Below are positions 15,667 to 29,070 of a stretch of 64,000 bases of DNA, piece by piece. How positions within the stretch are numbered: position 1 is the first letter of the stretch; each line of letters opens with the position of its first letter. This DNA is from the human T2T-CHM13v2.0 reference genome, Homo sapiens: the NCBI RefSeq assembly GCF_009914755.1, contig NC_060928.1. The stretch is one strand, 5' to 3'. The translations under genes and the position numbers were made by a program. The notes below the pieces were generated by a model. It had not been told where the DNA came from, did not search any database, and saw only the letters and a program-made list of their open reading frames with translations.

Positions 15667-16016
<350 letters not shown>

Positions 16017-16559
16017 TGCATAGTAAATTGTGAAAGCAGTGGATATGAATAGGCAAGATTATTATACCATACTCTGTGCTGGATCTAATGACAATTTGTT
16101 TGCTAGGCCCTGAAGATAAAAAGTGAATGAGGTCCCTAAGGCCAAATGGCTTTTTGTGGGGGGAATAAGGATATGTAAATAAGTAATGTGGTACCAGAGC
16201 CACTACTAGCCTGCATAGGGCCACTGTGCAAATCAGAAAAAGGAAGCCCTGCACCAGCGCTGACTCACTCCTTCAGCCAGGCACCTTTGTACACTACAAC
16301 ACCCACCCTAGAATACCAATTAGGGGCATCAGGGAAGGCTGGGGGGTGATGCCAAAGATGAGGCCTAAACAGAAAGGAGGAGTTCAGCCAGACAAAGTGG
16401 GAGGGAGAAGAAGAGCGTCTCCCACCAAGAGAATGTAAGTGGAAAAGTACCAAGAGAAGATGGAAAAATAAGAAATTACAGTTTTGGGGAGGGAGTCTGT
16501 ATGGCTGGAGAGTAGCAAACAAATAGGGGAACTCAAAATATAAAGGACTTTGCAATGTC

Positions 16560-17160
16560 AGGATTTTAGAATTTAGCCTGATAAATTAGGGAGCCATGGG
16601 AGGATTTTGAGGAGAGTGACAGATCCGAGTTGCATTTTTAAAAAACCCCATTCTTCATAGCAAAGGGAAGAATTCAGAAGAGGGAAGGCTTATTAAAGCA
16701 TGTGGGTTAGGGGGAGGGGATAGATTTAAAAGCCACTGAGAAAGTTGAAGGGAGAACTGCTAAGTGCTTATATAAGTTGGCAAGGGAAGGAGAGGTAGAG
16801 AGGATGACACCAGATTTCTAGCTTGGGCAAGGCTTATAGCAGGGAACACAAGCAGAGAAGCAGGTCTGGGTGGGAGCTGAGTGGGGCAAGGGTGGAAAAC
16901 AAGTTCCATTTTATGCACAGTATGATTACCAAAGTACCAGAATAGCATCCAAGTGAATATTCCACTAGCTAGTAGGAAACGTGTCTGGAGAGAAACGTTA
17001 AAACCTCTAAAATAGATTTGGGAGTTACTAATATATGAATGAAATGCCCTGCGTAGATTTAAGAGGTAGGCAGAAGGGGAATTCACGAAGGAGATTAGGA
17101 ATGAATGGTTGGAGATAAAGAAGAAATCTAGAAAATACTTATGTTACAAAAGCCAAAGGA
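16560..17160 (-). mobile_element. L2 internal fragment
   Basis: 'agggagccatgggaggattttga...gttgcattttta', 'tatagatttgggagt'-like motifs. Confidence 0.55.
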
Positions 17161-17959
17161 GGTAACTCATATGGTTTCCTGGGCCATATTGTTTCCTTAC
17201 GTACAAGACAGACTCAATCCCCATCCTCAGAGAGCTTACTATCTATCAGAAAAGTTAGATGATTAGGTAAATAGTCCTAACAAAACCTAATCAGTATTGT
17301 AATGGGGAAGGTATGGAGCATTCAACTATAGAGAGACATCAAGTAAGACCAGAACAAGAAGGTTCCACTGGACTTAGTAATAAGGAGGTGGTGATAATCA
17401 CTATGAGAGCAATTTCTTAGGAACACATAGAAGAAGCCTGAAAGCAGACGCTTAGAAAATAAATGTGCATTAAGGAAATGACAATAGAGTGCTTCTCTTT
17501 CAGAAACTGTTCAACAAGAAAGGAATGAGGGGAAAATTACTTACATAGCTAATTGTCTGTTGACAACTTTTATAAGGTAGAAGGATAATTACCTGGCATC
17601 ATCCATAGACAGACTCATTTTAACTTTCATAATTTGGAGACAACATTGTTCCTTCCTTTCTAAATCTTATCCTTTCAGATTCTTAAATGTGTTCAATGCT
17701 CTGTAGAAAACATTCCACAGACAATATGAGCCTCTCTCTTTATATCTCTAATTTGGGCACTTAATTACATGCTTCTTTGAACTGCTGAGTATTTTCATGT
17801 GTAAATGTCCTAACTTCTCTTACAGGAAGAAAGCCCCTTACAAGTCAACAGTGTTTGGTATCATGTTGTTCACCTTCTAGTGCTTTATTTAAATAAAAAG
17901 TAATACAGCTGCACAGAGAGCTTTCACAGCTTTGAGCAGATGAGGAAGTGAAGAACAGA

Positions 17960-18220
17960 AGGCTTGTAGAGTAGAAACATGAACTTTGGAATCAAACAAA
18001 TGTATTTGAATCCTGGTTCCACCCTTCATAAACTAAGCAACCCCAGTCAAATTAATATATCTATTTGAGACTGAACTTTTTCACTGTACAGAGCACATAG
18101 TAAAGGCTCGATATTTACTGAACTAAATTAAAAACACTTGATATAATATTTATATCTGCAGAGTAGTTGAGAAAATTAAATAAGATAATTATGTTAAGTG
18201 TTTAGATACAATATGTTTCA
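17960..18220 (+). mobile_element. MIR
   Basis: 'actttggaatcaaac...tttgaatcctggttccac'. Confidence 0.55.
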
Positions 18221-18359
18221 GATTGACACTATCTAAGGATCTTTCTTTCTTGCAGATTTCATTCTCTAGACCTGTTACGAAAGTGATAAAGAGGACAGGG
18301 AGCCTAGAGAGCTACAGAGTTTAATAGAAAGTTCCTGGCTCAAAGCTTTACTGGGAATT

Positions 18360-18925
18360 TAGTTTTCTAAAACATTATCACTAGCACAACGTTTTTTATA
18401 AATTGTGGCTTTGAAAACCTGTATCACAATCACCTGGGTGCTTGATTTAAAAAATAATAAGTTGCCGGGCATGGTGGCTCATGCCTGTAATCCCAGCACT
18501 TTAGGAGGCCGAGGTGGGTGGATCATCTGAGGTCGGGAGTTCAAGACCAGCCTGACCAACATGGAGAAACCCCGTGTCTCTACCAAAAATACAAAATTAG
18601 CCAGGCATGGTGGCACATTCCTGTAATCCCAGCTACTCAGGAAGGCTGAGGCAGGAGAATCACTTGAACCCGGGAGGTGGAGGTTGCGGTGAGTCAAGAT
18701 CATGCCACTGCACTCCAGCCTGGGCAACAAGAGCGAAACTCAGTCTAAAAAAATTTAAAAATAATAAAAAATAATAAACAATAAATAAATAAAACAAGCA
18801 AACAAAAAATTAAAAAGTGGTAGATTCCTAGAGCCCGCTCCAGATCAATTTGTAATGCTGAAGCTCAAGAATCTGCCATTTTATCAAGGGAATCTAACAT
18901 ATAAGAATGCTTCAGAACCACCCTC
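18360..18925. mobile_element. MER5-like hAT-Charlie fragment split by an Alu
   Basis: 'atcacctgggtgcttg..aaaa' before the Alu; 'gattcctagagccc...caagaatctgccatttt' after it. Confidence 0.5.
18463..18815 (+). mobile_element. AluSp
   Basis: Diagnostic 'gaggtcgggagttc...ctgaccaacatggagaaacc' and 'caacaagagcgaaactc'; long degenerate A tail. Confidence 0.93.
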
Positions 18926-19457
18926 TAAAAGTCAAACTCACCCCAAATGTATTTTGCCAGTTACTGTGCTCCAAAAACAGGAAACAAGATTAGTTTTCAG
19001 ACTTCCCTGGATATAGGAATTATTTATTATGATTTCCATTCAGGATGGGCTCTGCAGAGTCATTTCTATCTCAAGGAAGCTATAAGTTATAATCTTAGTA
19101 AAGTGAAAAATTGAGGGACAGGTAGGAGGATTCCAGAACTACTCCCTTCCAGGGTTGGAGAAAATCAAGGCATATCTGAACACTACCAGAATGTCCACTC
19201 ACCTCCATTCCCTGTCTCCCACATTCCTCACACATACAAGTGTCATCAGAAGTGGACAGATGGACATGCTAAGGCTGAATTAAACCCAAACTGATACCAA
19301 CTTAGCAGCGGAGTGAAGCTATTTATCCCTCCTCCCTTTTTTGGGCAACAATAGCCATCTAGGCTAAAGGCTTATTTTCTTTTCCATAAAGAGATGGCAA
19401 AAGCATACTTCTCCTCTGATAAGGCTGTCTGTGGAAGCTGGTTAGAACAAGGGACAT

Positions 19458-19507
19458 TCTTTTTTTCTTTTTCTTTTTTTTTTTTCAAGATGGAGTCGCG
19501 CTCTGCT
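19458..19507 (-). mobile_element. Very short Alu 3' fragment
   Basis: Poly(T) followed by 'agatggagtcgcgctctg'. Confidence 0.7.
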
Positions 19508-19539
19508 AGAAAGGCACCAACTGCCCACCAGGGCAAGGG

Positions 19540-19670
19540 CAAAGCCTTCATGATCCAAAGCCTCCCATTAGGCCCCCTCTCATACAGTTTCTACCCTACA
19601 CCTTGCTGCACTGGAAATTATGGTTGCAATAAGAGTTTGGGCAGGGTCAAGTTACATCCAAACCATAGCA
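19540..19670 (-). mobile_element. MST-like MaLR LTR fragment
   Basis: 'catgatccaaagcctcccattaggcccc...acatccaaaccatagca'. Confidence 0.6.
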
Positions 19671-21654
19671 GAGACCATGCTAAACTATATCTATAAAATA
19701 AAAGAAAGATACTACAATTTAAAATGAAAAGCTAGAAAAAGGGAACATCTGAACAGTATTACCAAATCATTTACAAATAGATATGTAACAAAAGAAGAGC
19801 AGAAACTATCTGTGTCCTATAAATCAAGATTAGAAATTAAACAATCAAAATACCAAATGTTTTAATCCACAAAACTGAAAGTCTTTCCTGGAAGACAAGT
19901 GACATTACATTTCTTCAATCTATATTCATTCAAATATATGCTAAAAGTATTATATTTCAATAGAAAGGGATAATTCTGTCTTCCAAGATATAAGATACAA
20001 ACATGATAAAAAAGTTTTTAAAAAAAGTCCAACAAGGGCAGAAGCACTAGTGTAGAGAGTTGGGAGGATAAAAGGGCAAAGCCAGAGGCAAGTATGATAG
20101 GTTCAGATCAGAAACAGGGCTGTCTATGAAGTCATACCTGGGTGCTCATGCACCCAAATTTAAAGTGTGTAGAACAAATAGTCCAGGGCCCAATAAAAGC
20201 AAGTCAAAAAACAAGAGCTAAGCCAGCTGTATCAATCACCAGTCATAAGAACAGGGTCCGGACTGTGTTCATCATTTTTGGAGGTCAGGGAATTCTGATA
20301 AGCTGCTGACAGAAAGTAAGAATTGTTCTCTATTTTGGCAGCTCACAGTCTACATCTATGTACAAAAGTAAGTGAATGAGAGTAGGTCAGTATCTCCCAC
20401 GCTTAGCAGCGGAAACCATCAGACTTTCCTCCCACCGACCATCTTGATAATCTGCTGGATTTGGCTCTTTGCCTTGATTCCAAGTGCTTATTTCCCTTTC
20501 CAGGGGAAATTTAAATTATATCTGATAAGGGCCAACAAGTTCAGAGTTGTATCACCCTCTCTGAGTAATATCAGACTACTCCTCAGTGTCATGTTAAACT
20601 CAAATTAAACTGGACAGAGTATTTATGGGGACCCAGGCCAGCTTTACAAGTGAAAAATAGGCCCAAAGAATAAAGTAATTCTCTTCATGAGATATTTGCA
20701 AATCAAGGTGAATACAATATGCTTTTCTGTACTCTGAAAAATGGTCTTATATTACATCAAATTATGTCATTCTAGTTTATACCTATTATTGTCAGAAGAA
20801 GTTTGTGTAATTAAGAAAGGCAAGCTCACAACTGAAGTGATTCTAACTTTGACTTCATAAGACGTGCAGACCCTGGTATACTCAGGGTGTTTTGAGAAAG
20901 ATGGGGAAACAGATGGGTTCAAAAAGAAAAAGACCTCAATAAAATCAGAAGAAACAGAAAAAATAATATCTTGTCAGATTCTTGGCTTAGATGGTTACAA
21001 ATCTGCCAAATGAAGACAAAGCTGACCTATATCATAAATGGGACAAAAGTTTAAAAGTAAGAGCAAAAGTCAGGAGTCAAAATTATTCTAGAAGCAGCAC
21101 TTGTGTGTAAATTCAAAGGTAATCTGAAATAGATCATCAGTTCCCAAGGAAAATGAATAAAGGGAAGCCTTGAGTAGTCTCAGCTTAAGTCTAAAATTCA
21201 TAGGTTACCTAGGTGTGGTGGTTGGCAGATGAAGGCACCAAGAGGTAGGCAGCTATTATCCAGAGCTTTATCATGAGGCAAGAAATCTAGTCAATGGGCA
21301 ACCGAGAAGGTAGGTAACAATAAGACCAACAGCAAGACTGAAACAAAACCAAGCAACAGGTGTAAGGCTTTTTGTATCACATTAGACCTAGAATTGAGAG
21401 CTGAGCTAAACCAGAAATCAGAGTTGAAATGACACTATCTTCCAGAATTAGAGAAACTCAGAAGTGGGAAGCAAAGCAGATCATCACTGCACCCAGATAT
21501 TTTAGCTTCTCCCTTCTAGGATTCAGAATCTACAAAGTGGCCGGGAGACACAAATAAAGCTATTTGTCAGATCCAAGAAAAAAAAGCATTAGGGAGTTCA
21601 GCAGACCTCCAAGGTCCAAGTAATCCACAAAGATGAAGTCATCTCACTGTAGAG

Positions 21655-22258
21655 CAGGGGTCAGGAAACTATAGCTCAATTGCCAAATTCAGCTCACCAC
21701 CTATTTTTGAACAGCCTGTACTGAGAATTTTTTGTTGTTGTTGTTGTTTTTTGTTTTTGTTTTTGTTTTTTGAGACGGACTCTCGCTCTGTCGCCCAGGC
21801 TGGAGTGAAGCGGCACAATCTCGGCTCACTACAAGCTCCACCTCCCGGGTTCACGCCATTCTCCTGCCTTAGCCTCCTGAGTAGCTGGGACTACAGGCGC
21901 CCGCCACCACGCCCAGCTAATTTTTTGCATTTTTAGTAGAGACAGGGTTTCACCATGTTAGCCAGGATGGTCTCGATCTCCTGACCTCATGATCCGCCCG
22001 CCTCAGCCTCCAAAAGTGCTGGGATTTTAGGCATGAGCCACCATGCCCGGCCTGAATGTTTTTTACATCTTGAGATGGATTAAATGAAATTCAGATTTTA
22101 GTGTCCATAAGTAAAGGTTTATTGGAACATAGCCATACCTATTCATTTATGAAGTTTCTGTGGCTGTTTTTGTGCTACAATGACAAAGAGGTAGCACTGC
22201 CAGCACAGCCCAAAATATTTACTATTGGGTGCTTTACAGAAAAGTTTGTCAATCCTTG
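21655..22258. mobile_element. MER58(B) hAT-Charlie element interrupted by AluY
   Basis: 5' 'caggggtcaggaaact'; 3' 'ttattggaacatagcca...aatatttact...tttacagaaaagtttgtcaatccttg'. Confidence 0.78.
21728..22052 (-). mobile_element. AluY
   Basis: 'caagctccacctcccgggttcacgccattc' and 'ttagccaggatggtctcgatctcc'; CpG-rich. Confidence 0.95.
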
Positions 22259-23009
22259 TTCCAGGACAGAGCTCCCAAGTGACAGTGAGAGATAACCAAC
22301 CTTTCTCTTTCTTTCCTGACTACTGTAGTTTGATAACTTCATTTGAAAAGCAGCTTTTTGCTTGGAAGGGTAGAGTAGTCAAATAAAGGGCTACCCTAGA
22401 ATAAGGTTTATCCAACCTTATCTGAAAGGCTAGGTAATCCAGCAAGGAGAAAAAAAAAAATCCATGACATTTATTGATAGTGCTGTTCTGCTTTCTGGAG
22501 TATCATCAAAATGCTCCCGAGGAAGGTAAGGAAGCAGCTAGCAGTTTTAGGTGTCTGCCACATAAAAGAGACCATGAGCCCCTCACACTCCTGACAAAGA
22601 TGATTCAAATGCTGCAGGGTGTATGAGAAACACATCAAAGATCACCAAAAGGGTCTGGGCCAAGATTCCAGCCAGCAGAATAGGAATTTCAGAATACGAT
22701 AAGGAGATGTTAAGGAAGGTCAGGCAGTAAAAAGAGGTTTGCTGACTCATGTGGTTTGTTGACTTAGCAAGTCAGGGAGAAGTCAATTGTTTGCTCTCCT
22801 GTTTTACAGTCTTTAGGTGTGGGCCAGCCCAGGGCCATTGATAGTCATTTTAGCCAGAAGGAAAGCAAAAGCCTGCAGATGAACTTAAACAAAACAGCTG
22901 TGCCATAAGTTAAAATTTATGCTTTTCTCTTAATAGAAGTGTTTGTTCCTCTTCAGATAATCTAAACTTGAACTTAAAAAAAATATATGTACCCACACGT
23001 TGTTTAACT

Positions 23010-23620
23010 CCTATAGCATGTATTTATTGAGCGCAGACTCTACGGCAGGTGCTTTTTTAGGTACAATAATAAACAAGAAAAGTCCATGCCCTCATGAAGT
23101 TTTACATACTACTGGGTAGAAAACAATCAAATCAACAAGTAAATATACAAAATCTTGTTAAGTGCATCAGAGATAAAGCAAGAAGGATGCTAGGGAGTGC
23201 TGGGTGGGGCATGGGGGAGGAAGGCTGCTCTTTCACACACAGCTGTCAGGGCAGGCCTCCACTTTGGATGAGCAAAGGCCTGCAGGAAGTGAGCCAGCAT
23301 GCCTCCTTGCTGTATCCTCAGAAAGAACTCCAGGCAAAGGCCCAGCAGGAGGATATCAGGAACAGGTGAAGAAATGCAAGGAGCCCAGAGGGGTTGGAGC
23401 AGAGCAACTGAGGGGGAGAGAAGCTAAGATCAGAAGAACAATAAGCTAAGAAGGGAGAGAGGGTGTTCATTGTGGAAGGCCTTGCAAGCCTTGCATGCCA
23501 TCCCCTCGTTCTCTGAGTGCAGTGGGAAGCCACTGATTAGTTTCCGAGGAGAGGAAAGACATGGTCAGACTTGCAGTAGCCAGAGTAATCCTGTTAAAAT
23601 TAAATCGGATATTGTCACTT
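23010..23620 (-). mobile_element. L2 fragment
   Basis: 'tatttattgagcgc...tgccctcatgaagttttaca' inverted L2 3' end. Confidence 0.65.
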
Positions 23621-24223
23621 CACCATTTAAACATTAAAACCTTCCCAAATGAAAAACAAATAACTGCATCATAAACCTCCAACCTATTTATTATCTCAAA
23701 AAATAATGTTTTCTAGTTTACCGAAAAACCTCATGATAGCCTTACATAATTTTTTAAAAAATTTCACTGGAAGGTGTTTTGCAGTTGTTACACCATAGTA
23801 ACACATCACTGATTCAGATTAATTGGGGAAAAGACCCGTCAAAATTAGTTAAAAGACTAAATTATTCTATTATATTTAAATAGCTTTCATTACCTTTTTG
23901 TGTGTGAAGGAATCAGGATTGCCAAGGTTGCCTAATAAAATCTGTTCTGATGAATAGATTTATAAGGATTGTAATTAGCATATGTCAGCATCAGACTATG
24001 CTACCTTGGCTCTGCTTACCGTACAATTTCTATGCTTCAATTTAATTAGATACAATATAAATTGTTTCAAAAGCAGTTTATTTTCTTTAATAGATTTGTC
24101 CTTTACTTAAGAAGATGCACTGCCTACTTTTTTTATGAAAAAGAAAATTGCATGGCCCCAGAAGTAAATCAAATAATGCTGGCTATTTATCTTTTTGTTG
24201 TAATTGTAACTCTTACTTTAAAT

Positions 24224-24445
24224 CACTGAGTTCCTCAATATTAGTACTATGGCATTTTGGAGCAGATAATTCATTATTGTGAAGGGCTCTTCTGTGCATT
24301 GTAGGATGCTTAGCAGCCTCCACCCAAGAGATGCCAGAATGGCACCCACAACTGTGACAGTCAAAAATGTTTCTACACATTGTCAAATGTCTCCGGAAGG
24401 AAGAGAGAGTAGAGGGGGCAAAATCATCCCAGGTTGAAAACTGTT
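24224..24445. mobile_element. MER20 (hAT-Charlie)
   Basis: 'gtgcattgtaggatgcttagcagc...acattgtcaaatgtc...ggcaaaatcatcccaggttgaaaac'. Confidence 0.8.
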
Positions 24446-25719
24446 ACCTTAAATGAATGATCCTCTGTCTTTCTGTGGGGGAAAAATGGTTCCATCTCTT
24501 TTCTCTCATCCATATTATGAATATATTCTTAGAAAATGACCAGAAGATGTAATTTAATTTTGAATGGCAGATTTATATAAGAAATATCAAAAGAAAAGGT
24601 CACTGGAATAATCAACACATATGAGAATAACATTTGAAAACCATGTTTTATCAGAGTTCTCTTAGAGAGTTCCTAACAAATAAGCTTAAATGCACATTTG
24701 GCACTACAACTTTTAAATGAGAAATTATTTGGGAGAAGGAGATTGGCAGAAGGAAATAATGACCTTCAAAATAGTAACTCATTATAGCTTTAACAAAATT
24801 AAGACTGTAGTTAAAATTTATAGTCTTCCTACTTTTCTAAGAGTATAAATTGATATAACCCTATTTAAAATTGGGGTAGTTGGATTATTATTGTAAAAAG
24901 AAGCCTATACTGCATTTTTGTACATCTCAAAATATTTTGTTCCCAAATATAATTTCCTTTTATTCATCTAGAATAAAAATTTAGCTGTTTTATATATTAA
25001 ATGTTTTAAAATATATTCAGAATGAAAGTAATCTAAGAAAATGGCTGTTGTTATTGCTCCTTAAAAGAAGTCAAATTTTTACAAATAAGCATTTTCATCA
25101 TTCTGTCTATGGCCCCCTTGGTAATATACTGTTGGGCACGTTCATATGCTCTCACTATCCCATACATGTAGATGACTCAAAACATATATTCATACTCTCT
25201 ACAGCTCTATGTGGTATCCCACATGCAAGTCTGATGGGATATACACAAATGAAAGTAGTTGAGCCAACAAAAGATACATGTTTGGGAAAGGCACAAGGGA
25301 CCGGTAAGAAGTGAGCTTTACTTTAGTGGACAGAATGGGGGGAAAAAGCACCCTAGAAATAAGTGCTCAACCACAGTTAGGTGGTGATGGAGTTGCTACA
25401 GACGTTATGTTGCTTTTTCAGCAGATACTTTGAGCACCCAACTTGACTGCTCTTGACTCAGCAGCATTCAGTCTTAGTCTAAGAAAGATGATCACAGTCA
25501 CAGCCAAATATTTCCATCCTGAAGAGGATGCTCACATGGTAAGAAGCTTATATCTTCTGCCAAAAAGTGAAAGATCAGGGGTTTGGGTAGTGGCATTTGC
25601 GACTTCTAGTCTTCCTTTTTTGTCCATGTTCCCCCATAATGGAAATGTTCCAATCCTTAAAAAAATAATGTTTTCAAATCAGTGAAATTTCTAATTTCTC
25701 CCAATGTTTTTTCCTCCTT

Positions 25720-26490
25720 TGTTGCCTATTGTCAGTTAAAGGGATCAACATCTCTCTAGTCACGCAAACTAGAAACCTCAAAGAAACCTCTTAGCCCATC
25801 TGCCACAAGTTAATTGTTGCTCAAGATCTGATTCCACAGCAACATCTTTGGTAGCTTTGCCCTCCTTGCCATCCCTGATCCCATTGCTATGGTTGAGGAA
25901 CTCATCATGCCTTACACCTACATTCACTCCAGAGACTTTCAGATGCTCTTTCAACACCAATTTTTCCTGACACCACATAATTATGCTTATTACTACTAAA
26001 TCTGTCCTAAAAAACTGATATAATCATGAGTCGACTAAATAAATCTTAATTAATTCTTTATTTTCTCCAGATTAAAAATCAAATTCCTTCCCAGACTCTC
26101 CATTATTATTCTCAATCAACTTTTATTTCTGACACACATATATAATAACGCCAATCATTACAGGTTTTCAGTCATTCAAGTGCGACAAAGACTTTTAACT
26201 CTATTTTTTCTTTTGTGGGCCTGTCTTTCTATAATGCTCTTCAGTCCAATCCCTACAACTTTATGGCAAAATTCTGTTCACCATCCAATATATTTCAGTT
26301 AAGATTCTTAGCTTGTATGTTAGTGCTCCCATGGCACCTTATTAGTAGTTTCATTATAGTATATAATCACACTATATTTCAGTTGCATACATAATTATTT
26401 GTCCTTTAAAATTGTGAACTCTTTTTGGTCAAGGAATATGTCTCATTCATCTTTGTAGTCTACCAGTACTTTAGCTACAACAGAGTTAGC
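25720..26490 (+). mobile_element. Degenerate L2
   Basis: Ends in 'attgtgaactc...aaggaatatgtctcattcatctttgta'. Confidence 0.5.
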
Positions 26491-26520
26491 GCTATTCAAC
26501 TCAATCAAGCTTAACCATTA

Positions 26521-26830
<310 letters not shown>

Positions 26831-26974
26831 AAATAGGAGACAACTTCCAAATTATGTATAGTTTTATTTTTCTTATCTTTCATTTTACCTTTCCCCAGAT
26901 TAATATAATTTCCTTTAATTCCAATATCAAATGTGGACATAAAACTAATCTAATGATTGTTTAAGAAATTAGAC

Positions 26975-27316
<342 letters not shown>

Positions 27317-28842
27317 TCATTTATTAAATTTTTCAAAAGATTTCGAAAAAACATTTCCAGATCTAATCAAAATATAATGGGATGTTTTATCACTTCAATT
27401 TGAAAGTGAGCATTTTGCTCTAAATGAAAAATAGATAAGACAAAGCATAGCATGTTTTTTGACAAATATCCAACACAAATTCATGTGAATATGCAAAACT
27501 GCCTATGCCTATGGAAATAATAATTATGGATGTCTCAAGGAAAGTGTTTACAAAATAATGAGATTCTGCACATGTATTAGTAAGTAATATCATTTTCTGA
27601 ACAGAACAAGTGAAAGAAAAGACATCCTACACTTCAAAATAATGCTCACGAAACATACTGTTATCTTCTTTGGTGAACAACTTGGTATGCTACAAAAATT
27701 TTTCCTCTTATTCTATGCATTTGGTTAAAACACACAATAGCCCATCACTAAAAACTGAAAGTAATCTTTGGAGACTGAATTATAAAAACTACTGAACTTC
27801 AACAGTGTGAGCAAAATCTTCTGTCATTTCACAGGATATGTTATAAATTACTACTGAAGTGAAAAACGTGAAAGAATATTTTAAGAGAATTCAAGTCATA
27901 TCACTGTTTACTTTCCTTCAACATAGACCATTAGACTTCTAAACTAAATAATAAAATTAACAAGTTATTTCAAACAATAACCTGACATGATCATAAATCC
28001 ATGGTGAGCTCATTAGAGCTAGATATGATTTTGTTAAACTGATGTACTATAAATCAAATTCAGAGAGCAAACACTTCTACCTATGGAGCATTTTTAAAGA
28101 AAACAAATTCCTGTGTTCAAATGTGTAAATAATAAGAATATGAAGCTACCTTTTCTACTGTGGCAAATTCCTACCAAAGTAAACTGCAGCTAGGAAAAAA
28201 AGTGACAAAAAGAAATGCTATAATTGAACTCTAAAGTACACTTTCAAAAGTTATCTCAAACCCCTAAATTGGTATTCCTCTGTATACTCTAAGTAAGTTA
28301 TAAGCAATGATTGTTTTAAAAAAATTGAGGGCTTATCTGATGTAAGAATTCATCATCACATTACTATCTGGTCCTGATTTCTTTTTCTACAATGTAAAGC
28401 AGAGTTTTAAAATGTTTTGTCATACATTGTACAAATTATATTAATTACTATTGTTTCCTTAGCCTTCATTGTTTTCTGACAATTATTTTATTCATTTTCA
28501 TGATCAGTAAGAGAGAAAAGTAAAAGACTGTCTTGTACAGCGATAATAATTAATTCAGGGCCAGATGTGACCACCTAAAAGATGTAAAAGATAAGCCAGA
28601 TTTTTTACCAAGATACTAAAAATTGTCATTAAAATATAATTAGTTCTATAATACCTATATTTTCCATAAGCATTTGAATAATAATGTCATGCTAATATTT
28701 CCCTCTGGAACAAGGACTAATAATAAATACTAAAATTAGATAATTTAAGCAAGGATTTTTTAATCAATGTTTATAAAATTTTAAAATTATTTTCTGCACT
28801 TATTAAAGAATAGTATGACTAATTCAGAGTTATACAGCAGCG

Positions 28843-29070
28843 ATACAGTGCAGTATTGAAGAGCACAGATTGTCATGCCAGAATATGCAGGTTTGGATTC
28901 CAACTCCACCATTTACTAACTGCCTGATCTTGATTAAATTGTGTAACCTCTTTAGGCTTTAGATTCCTTGCCTGTAAAATGGAGACAAGAATGATATTTG
29001 TTTGTTATGAGAATTAAAATAACTAATGCATGGAAAACACTTTAGACCAGAGCCTGATAACACAGTTAAT
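28843..29070 (+). mobile_element. MIR
   Basis: 'ccaactccaccatttactaactg...taacctct...ctgtaaaatgg'. Confidence 0.75.

Noticed and set aside
16868-23217. G-quadruplex-like motifs at ~16868-16892 and ~23193-23217
   Set aside because: Isolated motifs inside decayed L2 sequence with no further support.
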